Assembly: GCF_009914755.1 (NCBI RefSeq)
Contig: NC_060925.1
DNA from: the human T2T-CHM13v2.0 reference genome, Homo sapiens
Length of the DNA stretch: 64,000 bases
Strand: one strand, 5' to 3'
Below the pieces are notes generated by a model. That model was given only the letters and a program-made list of their open reading frames with translations, was not told the DNA's origin and ran no database searches. Shown here piece after piece: positions 1-64,000 of the stretch; position 1 is the stretch's first letter; the number at the start of each line of letters is the position of its first letter. A program made the position numbers and the translations under genes.

Positions 1-357
<357 letters not shown>

Positions 358-577
358 ATTTGCCAGATCTTATTCTTTGAAACTATACAAGCAATTTTTA
401 AAAAATTAAAATAAGATTTCCTAATTACATATTTCTGAGAGGTTTAAGGCAATGATTCTCTGACGAGGATTAACTCTTACATCTGGGTTGCACTCATAGG
501 GTAGGTAAAGAAAAGAAAAAGTGTACTGTTGAGAGTTGATCCATAAAGCAGATGGGGAAATATGAAAAGGCAGCAGA

Positions 578-820
578 GGCTGGGTGTAATCCCAGCACTT
601 TGGGAGGCCGAGGGGGGTCATCACGAGGTCAGAGGTTTGAGACCAGTCTGGCCAACATGGCGAAACCCCGTCTCTACTAAAAATATAAAAATTAGCCGGG
701 TGTGGTGGTGCACGCCTATAATCCCAGCTACTTTGGAGGCTGCACTCCAGCCTGCGCAACAGGAGCGAGACACGGTCTCAAAAACTAAAAAAAAAAAAAA
801 AAAGAAAAAGAAAAAAAAAA
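578..820 (+). mobile_element. Alu with two internal deletions
   Basis: Alu consensus blocks, A tail, TSD AAAAGGCAGCAGA (565-577, 818-830). Confidence 0.92.
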
Positions 821-2647
821 AGGCAGCAGACCCTAAGTGAACAAGGTGCTCATGGAATGAAGAGGGTGACAGCACACAACAGTCCCACCCGTTCCCCTGA
901 ACAAGACAAGGAACACCAAAGTCACTGCATGTACATCCCAGTTTTGTGGCCTGAATAGAAACATGACTTGCTCTAAAGGGGAATGTCCTCTGCAGCACCT
1001 CTGAGATCACAGGGGAGAAGAATCAAGAAATCCAAGAGCCGGGGCTGCTAACTCTGGGAGCCACATGGGTAAGCAGAATGCTCTGCTAACAAGCAAGGCA
1101 AGGAAAGGCTGCCAGCAGCAGGCGAGGGAAGATGGTGCTTTTGATCAGCAAATCCAGGCAAATATGATAAACCACACATCATAATCCATGACATTCATCA
1201 AGCTCTACCTCAACAGTGAAGACAGTTTAAAACTATGAGCTAGGGTGAAATAGACTCCAACACTGCTGCAGGCTTTCCCTAGCATGCCACTTGGTGGTTT
1301 CCATCACTCTGACATTACAGAAAGGGAGGCAGGGAGTAGGAGAGGCATTCCAGAGTTCAGAAAATTATTTGTGAAACAGAGAACTTTTGGATAGCAACTT
1401 CAGGACTGATGCAAAAATCCTTCCTCTCCCTCTTCCCATTTATAGAAACTTTTGAGCAAGTTTATGGCCCTTCTGGGAAAGAATGATCCTGATGGCCCAA
1501 AGTGTGGCAGAAGGAGCAATGACTTTCCACACAAATGCTTGTCATATTCAGGCTGCCCAGTAGCTCCAGCCCTCCTGCCTTGTAACTCAATGTCCTTGAA
1601 TTTATTTTTAAAATGGGAAGGCTAAAAACAAAGCTGCAAACGGTAGGAACTGATGCACATCCTCTTCTTTACTGTACCAAACAACAATCATTTTCCAGTC
1701 TATGAAATTGATGGATGCCAGACACTCAATGCTAGGCTCATGGACATTTTAATAGGGAATATCTTAGTTTGGCTTTGAGAAAGAAGATGCAGCTATATTA
1801 AGCTGAAAAGATAAGAAAGGTAGTCTACTGAATAAAAATACTTACCTATCTGAGTTTCTAACAGAAACACAAAAGCTGAGAGCAGGCTGGATAAAGGCTG
1901 AGTGTTGATGGCGCAAGCTGGTGGTCAAGTTTCACAGGGCCCCCTGAATAACACTGACTTCTGGACAACACATTTGAGGTGGCAGAATTTGATGAGATTT
2001 CCCCCACATTTCTCCCTGGCACGTTGCTGTTACTTTCAACAGACGCCATCTGTAAGGTCCTTTGCCCCAAAATGTCTTAGAAGCTTAAGTAAAGACAAGA
2101 ACTATTTTGCTTCCTTGCTCAGCGTTCAAGAGAAGTATCAAATGCAGTTTAACATCTTACAGCTTTATTTCCACCCTATAGGGCCAACTAGTGTGCCAAC
2201 CATAAGGCTGTAGGCCATTGGAGAATTTGTGTGGTTTCTACAGAAGACCCAAATTTCTCCATTTGGAAACCATGCTGGATGAGCTGTTGCTCTGCTCATG
2301 AAAAGAAATCACTAAATAAGAGCATGATGAGTGTCTCAAAACCATTGGCAATATAATAAAACACAGCAGCAGAATAATTGTTGGTAAAACATGGGAATGC
2401 TCAATTCCCTAAAAGGGCTACCCTAAGAGCCCAACAGTAATTATGTGGTGCTTCCGGAAATGTCTTACTCTAGGAGCTCCACAGGGTTATTTCTGACACT
2501 GAGTAAGAACACAGGTCTGACTCAATCCCATCCCTTGAATCTGTGCTCCCTGGCACACATCCTAGAATGCCCTGTACCCTCCATCCCCCCAACCCCCGCA
2601 CCTCAAGGGATTGACAGATCTTCCCCAAACGAAAATCAGTAACGAAA

Positions 2648-2980
2648 TAGTTGTCCTTTACCAAAGGGGGCAATCAAGGACCCTCTGAGAATACCAGAAT
2701 CCATGGATGTTCAAGTCTTTTATATAAAATAGCACAGTATTTGCATATAACCTATGCACATCTCGTGCATACTTTAAATCATCTCTAGATTATTTACAAT
2801 ACCTAACTCAATGCCTACACATCACTTCATTTGTGTGAATTCAATGTAGTATTCAGCATGTGGCAAATTCAACTTTTGCTTTTTGGAACTTTGTGGGTTT
2901 CCCCTCTTCCCCAAATATTTTTCAATCTGTACTTGGTTGAATATAGGGATGTGGAACCCACAGATAGGGGTGGTCAACTG
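2648..2980 (+). mobile_element. MER2/MER2B (TcMar-Tigger) non-autonomous DNA transposon
   Basis: Matches recalled MER2 core (TATTTGCATATAACCTA...TACTTTAAATCATCTCTAGATTA); imperfect TIRs TAGTTGTCC and GGTCAACTG followed by TA. Confidence 0.8.
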
Positions 2981-5447
2981 TACTCATCTTCACCATCGAA
3001 TACACCATTAGATGGGGAAAGGGAGACTAGAAGGCACATTCTGCTTTTTGACAAAGGACACTTTTGGGACCCATACGTCACGTAACAAGTAGGCTGAGGT
3101 CAGCTAATACAGACTGCTCATCGGGAAAGGACAGCAGCTAAAAACTCCAGAGTGATATGCCTGATGGCCAATCCGGCTTAAGAGAAGCTGCAGTGCACTA
3201 TCTACCTCTGCAACTTCCATGTCCCAGGAGATGGCCCATTCACCAAGTGATGCAAGGATCACTATGAGCAGGGCAGCACGTTCGTGAAAAGAGCTGGGCC
3301 ACCCAGGGTATACCTTTTGTGTTCATTAGCACTGCTCTGGAGAAATGACATCTGGTGTTGGGACCCACAGTGTATCAGGGGGAAGATATAGGTGATCCAT
3401 GCGAATACTGTCTATTTGCAGAAAATATGGTCCATTATTGGAAATTTCATATGGGTCAATCTATATTAAGCTGGAAAAATAATCAGCTGGATGAAAAGGC
3501 CAGCCTGCTGTACCCACTGGAGTTTATAACTGAAAAGCACAAGCTGAAAGAAAGCAGGATAAAGGTTAAGTAGGTGTAAGCCATGGTCAAGTCCTACAAG
3601 GCCCACCCTCAGCAGTCTACAAAGACCCTCTCTTCAGGCTGATGAAAGAGGGGGCCAGAGATGGCCAAGTGACTCTTAGGAAAACAATGACAGTTTAGCT
3701 ATAATTTTAAAAAGCGGTTCCTCTTCTCAATCTACAAAATTAAAAGTAAAATTCTCTCAATTTAAGCTCCTCAAAAGCTTACGATTCAAAATATTCCACA
3801 TAGGTATTTTTACCTTCCCTGATCTTATTGTTTAGCTCCGACTGAATATTGCAGCTCATTCATCTTTACTCCTATGTAATCAATGTTTAACATCCTTTTT
3901 TCATGCAACTAAATCCTCCTTTACTTCCTATCTGGGGAAAGAAGTGCATACCAATGTCTATGCTATCTGTAAATGCTACCAGATACTCTTGCTAAAAGAT
4001 GGTATATCCAGTATATCCTTAGAACCCAAGGAAACCTAAGAAACCTCAGCAGGACATTCCTCAGCTAAGCCAGCAGGCTCATCTCAAGGATGAAGACATC
4101 AAATTCAGCCCCCATGATTCAGGGACCACAGTAAACAAGGATGAATACCTCGGGTCAATGTATCCAAATGAGTGTGGATGAAAGAAACCAAACAGTTCAA
4201 CTGGAAAACCTCGAAAACAGCGGCTGGAAAATGTTTGATGGCTTTGTTGTGAGATGGTAACTTTTTTTTCCTCCATTTTACATTTTCTCCCTTCAAATCC
4301 AAACTGCAGCAATAGACACTGACAGCTCCAGCTTCAGACTTGATACATCATCAGGAAATCATTCCAAAAGCTCTAACTAGATAACTAATTTAATACACTT
4401 TGCTTCAAGGTTTATTCCTTGGCTTGCTTCCCAGATATAAAGCATCTCTGGGCAATTATTATGCAGATGCCACCGAAAGGACTTTAAATGGCTGCTGCTA
4501 ATTTAACAGGAGATATGTTGGCATTTACTGGAGATGTGAAAAGGAATGCAAAATGTGCTAAAGAACCAAAGGCATTTGTTTTTAAAAGTGAAATATGTGG
4601 AACAACTCTTAAATGTTTTCTTTTGGGTTTCAATATAAACTTTGGCTAGAAAGTTGAATATTAAACCTACTTCCTCCCTGCATTTTGTACACTAATGAAT
4701 ATTCCCGTAGCATACGGCAGGGACAGTGGATGAATTTCAGGGAAGCCCATGAGCTCTGACGACCTCAAAGACGCACCAGATCTATATGCTGTCCACATGA
4801 GACATATTCTAACAGTGCCCACCTTGGGGCTTAGAGATAAAAGATAAATACTGATGTTGTTCATCACGCAATAAACCAGTAACTGAGACCACTTGCTAAA
4901 ACATCCCTAACAGCAGAATATCCCAAGGATGGAAAAACCTCCAAGGAAAGGAAACAAGTATCTTTTTGCTTATTGATGAGCTTCTTATAATAAGGGTTAT
5001 AAGCTCTGTTCACTGAAAATACATGTAATACTAATGGGTTTCTTTCCAGGACATACAACAAAACTCCAGAATCTACAAAGATCAGCAGATTATACTCCTT
5101 CACTGAGCCTTCAGACCTTGAAGTAGAAGACACAGGGGAAGCCCTCCATCCCCAGATATTCCGAGTCTAACTAGAGTACAGCCACCACAACACCTGGCCA
5201 GGTTGAAACAGAGGATTCCTATTCCGAAGAACTTAATGGGGAATATATACCTGTTGGCATGTGGTGATGGGATGTCACAAAGGCATACTTTTTCTGGTTC
5301 ATTTGATGTCACTCCATCTTTTTAGCTCACAGGGGACAAAAGCAGCAATGAAGAAAGGCATATGGAACTCTCACAGCAGTCAATTCTAAGAAAAAAAACT
5401 GCAATTAAATTTTCCTTTCTCCTAACATCTAGTTTTTCTTGACAACC

Positions 5448-5753
5448 TTTTTTCCTTTTTTTTTTTTTTTTTGGAGGCAGGGTCTCTCCGTAGCCCAGCC
5501 TGGACTACAGTGGCAAGATCACGGCTCACTGCAGTCTCGAATTCTTAGAATCAGGTGATCCTCCTGCCTCAGCCTCCCGAGCAGCTGGGACTACCAGGGC
5601 ATACCACCACGCCTGGCTAATTTTTGTACTTTTTGTAGAGACGGGGTTTCATCATGTTGCTCAGGCTGGTCTCGAACTCCTTAGCTCAAGCAATCTGCCC
5701 GCCTTGGCCTTTCAAAGTGCTGGGATTACAGGTGTGAACCACCGTGCCTGGCT
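5448..5753 (-). mobile_element. Alu (J-like)
   Basis: Poly-T plus two diverged arms. Confidence 0.9.
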
Positions 5754-7415
5754 GACTACAGTTTTTTAATTGCACGTTTGTTCTTTGAACTGACCACTGT
5801 GGGCATTCCATGCCTTCCTCCACTGCCGCCTTTTTCCCAAGCTGAAAAGACAAGGAAGATGTGGCATCAAATTAACTAGAAAGAGCACGCCTGTGACTTC
5901 CCATCACCACGTAACAACAGGTGCATATCAAAGCTGTACTCAAGAAAAGGTAGACATAGAATGATAAATCCCCCAAAATGCAGTAAGAGGAAAAAAGTAC
6001 AAAACATGATTTATTGTGTACCATCCTTGGAAATTCAGAAGGACACTGACCAATGAAGCCATAGGAAGAAACTAAGAACTGGGCTTCAAAGTGAAGATAA
6101 CTGACCAGCGAGTGGATTTTATGAAGAAAAGGAAAGAAGCACAGGGCTCTGCCAATGACAATTCTACCATCGTTCATCAAGTGGCCCCAAGTTTGGACTA
6201 TGGGGTCCCGAGTGGGATTAATTCTGATCTTGCAGACCAAAGCCTGAAGATGATATCAGCACAGCGGGGGTCACATTTGATGTGTTTCCTGGCCAGGACC
6301 CCTGTTATGTAGCTAAATGCCTTACAGCTCCCATAAATCAGCTTCCCCATCTGTTTCCTTGATGGCCTTTCCAATGACTTAGTGACCTCAACTTTTAGGT
6401 CTCTGTCCAGCACACACATCTTATTTAAATAAAAAACAATGATCATCAAGGCCCTGCCTGAAAAACACAATCCTCAAAGGCCCTGCCCAACTCCTTTCTC
6501 TTTCTAGGTCTGCTATCCTCTCTCAATCAGGGTAGAGCCTTAACTGCACAGATGGTCTGGTCCAGAGCCTCAATGCCACCAGACAGGGTCCTACTGAGCC
6601 AACAGGAGAGGTAGCAACAAATACCCAAGGTACAGTCGCCAGCAGGGAAACACAAGCTCCAGAGCCCAGGATAAGGGGTGGTCAAGAAAAGCACAACACA
6701 GAGCTTGTCTTTCGGCCCCAAAGATGGCAATTACTGCATTGTAAAGGCAGCACTGTCTTTAGCTATTCTGTCTTTAACTCAAGCTTGGGGGGGAAGTTGG
6801 GGTGGGGCGTGGGGGAGAGGAGACTACTGAGGATGAGGGGTGGAAATGAAGACGAGAGGAAACTGTCTATCAAGGCTCATGAGCCCCAAAATATAAGAGA
6901 ATCGTGTTTGTTCCTTCAGACCCTTTTCTTTATATTTCAGGATGAATTCATTTTCTTACCGTCTTTGCTTTGGATATAAGCAATGAATGATGAATGAATC
7001 AAGCTGATAAATGAATTAAGCTGATGAATTTCAGGGTTGGTTACAAATCTGGCTGCAACTTCACAAGAGATGTGCTCCCTCATGCCTCTGTCCTCAAAAT
7101 GATCCAGCAGGCAACCTTACCTGCTGACATATATTACAATACAGATCAGTCAAGATGTGGTTCAAATGAAAAGTACTATATTACTAGGGAAACTGCATTA
7201 TAATAATTCACAAAAGTTATTCCAAAGGGGAAAAAATAAATTATCTCATATAAAATAATACATGGTATGTGTGAATAATCTTGGCTACTGTCTTCAGAGA
7301 GCCTGTTTGCTGCCAGCCACCTGCACCCCTGTGGGGGGAGCAGATGTTGTCTGGAGGTGACTCTCCTCCAGCGCGATGGAGCTGGGTCCCTCCTCCAGGA
7401 GCTGGATTGGGGTGA

Positions 7416-61313
<53,898 letters not shown>

Positions 61314-62423
61314 CTGAGAAGAAAAGAAGATGGAAGGGCAGTATTTATTATATGAAATTAAAGATGGAATAAAATAGGGCAAACTCATCACTACATTATT
61401 CTTCACATTTCATCCTATTTCTCACTATTATTAAATAAAAATAGTGCCAAGATATGTTTGACATAGTTACTTTTATCTAACAATATGGTAAATATCAGCA
61501 TGTAAGCACCACTACATGAATTTTTAGAAATAATGAAGAAATTTGAAAACAATTCCTAAAGGCCATTTAAAAAATTTTAAACAAACCTATATCTATCTGT
61601 TTGTTAAATATGCATCAATTCATATCTTAAGAATATCTGCCAAGAGGACTTTTTAACTCAAGGTTAATCTGGAGAACTGAAGAGCCAAACCCATCTGCAT
61701 CTTTTCATATATATGCAGCTGGAAATTCCCACTGTAAATCACCCTTGGCAAGCAACCTCAAATATCTTTACACCTTCTAAATAACTTCACATGTTACAAG
61801 ATGCCAAAAATTCTGTTTTCCCTGTTTTCATGTCACCGTGGTACAGTTTGAGCACATGCAAAATGAAATATATAAAGTCTTGCTTCTTATCTTGCTTGCT
61901 CTCCTAAAAACTAAACTTGAATGAAATTTTAATTTCATGTAAAATATTTAGCATCAGATAGAAATGGATCCAGGTATCTTTAAGGTAACAAGAGATATAG
62001 GATGAGAGGATACACACACCATGCACCAATGTTGAGAAGTTGCTAGAAGGTAAAAAATAAACGTCAACCTACAAACTCAGCATGTAACAAATTACCAATT
62101 AGGTGCAGCATTCAAGAATAGCAAACATCACTCACTCTGCCTATTTCCAAGTTCAATAATTGGTTATCACATTCCACCACAACTTATATTTCTGTTGATG
62201 TATCTTTCTAAAAATGCAATAAGCGTTCTCAAAAAAAAGTTATTTGAAAAGGATTAGTTAGAGAAGGTTTCATCAGACTGAACAGCTAGCTTCAAGGACC
62301 CAACAAAAAGGGAATCCAGAGTAAGTTCACCAAATTCCTCGAGGATCCTCCAATATCCAGGATGCCCACAATAAGCCTAATGATTGAGTAGTGAGAGGAA
62401 AGAGTACATGCAGTAAACAAAGC

Positions 62424-62838
<415 letters not shown>

Positions 62839-63214
62839 TAACTGGCCATTGTTTCTTCCCCTCCAGTCTTTAAGCAGACAGAGGTGATACATCAGATTTT
62901 GCCTGTTTCCATCCACAGAATTACAACAGAAGCTAACTGTATAGAAATTACACTTCTAACAGAAATTGTTAAGTTGTTAATACTTCAGAATGAAAGAGGT
63001 CAGGAGAAGGGCTGCCTCTTCAGACACTTAAATCTGAGATGATTCAATTCAGCCCAGTGTTTGGGATGGGAAGTCAGTTCACACCTTCTAAAACAACAGT
63101 CCATGCAGGAAGAACCCAGCTGCTGGCTGGCTCACACTTGCAGATAAGCTGGTTTTCAAGAAAATGACTAAAAGGAAAAGTTTCTTTTCAAAAACTATAT
63201 TACCATCTTCTTGC

Positions 63215-63566
<352 letters not shown>

Positions 63567-64000
63567 TAACTGAAGGCAGTTAAGCCACCACTCAATAAAC
63601 CATAATGTATAAAATATACATATAAAGTCCCACACATAACAATTTAGAGAAGGCAAAAAACAGCTATGTAATATAAACCTTTATAGGATGGATTGAAAGA
63701 TAAATTCAGTCCAATACACATTTGTTGTTTCATGTTACAATCATGGATTTTAAATCTACCTCTTTAATTGCATTAGAATGCATTATACTATAATGTTTAA
63801 AGCTATCACACTCAAAGAAGTTGTGATAGTAACACCTTTGCAGCATCAAGCTACAGAATATGACCACATTGTGCCTTGGAATAATTCTGAGAAAATGTTC
63901 CACAAACCCTGAAATGTAGCCTTAATTAAAGGCAGAATAAAAGCTGCTATTTCCTCATATAAAACTGTAATTATACAAGCATGAGCAGTTTGCAAACAGC

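Overview
Primate (human-like) genomic DNA containing the 3' three-quarters of PTPN14 (FERM-domain non-receptor tyrosine phosphatase, Pez) on the minus strand. I traced 15 coding exons by hand (5-19 in the usual 19-exon numbering, recalled rather than visible here). All have GT-AG boundaries and consistent phases and total 3122 coding nt. They run from the mid-FERM domain (61313) through the 1478-nt linker exon with two PPxY motifs to the PTP domain and the TAA stop (7416-7418). Bases 1-7415 are probably the long 3' UTR. Introns hold about 28 Alus, several L1 fragments, two solo LTRs, MER2B and MER3 DNA-transposon relics and microsatellites. I found no prokaryote-type system, CRISPR array or RNA gene, and no clearly novel system. 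The best leads are: (1) a chain of partly phase-compatible, decayed exon-like segments in intron 13; (2) a perfect 28-bp minisatellite built from a templated inverted repeat; (3) a twin-primed inverted L1 with its target-site duplication (TSD); (4) an L1 that appears to supply the branch-point region of exon 8; (5) a closely spaced inverted Alu pair in the 3' UTR; (6) a GGAA microsatellite next to a dense transcription-factor motif cluster. Repeat family names come from recalled consensus sequences, not from a database search.
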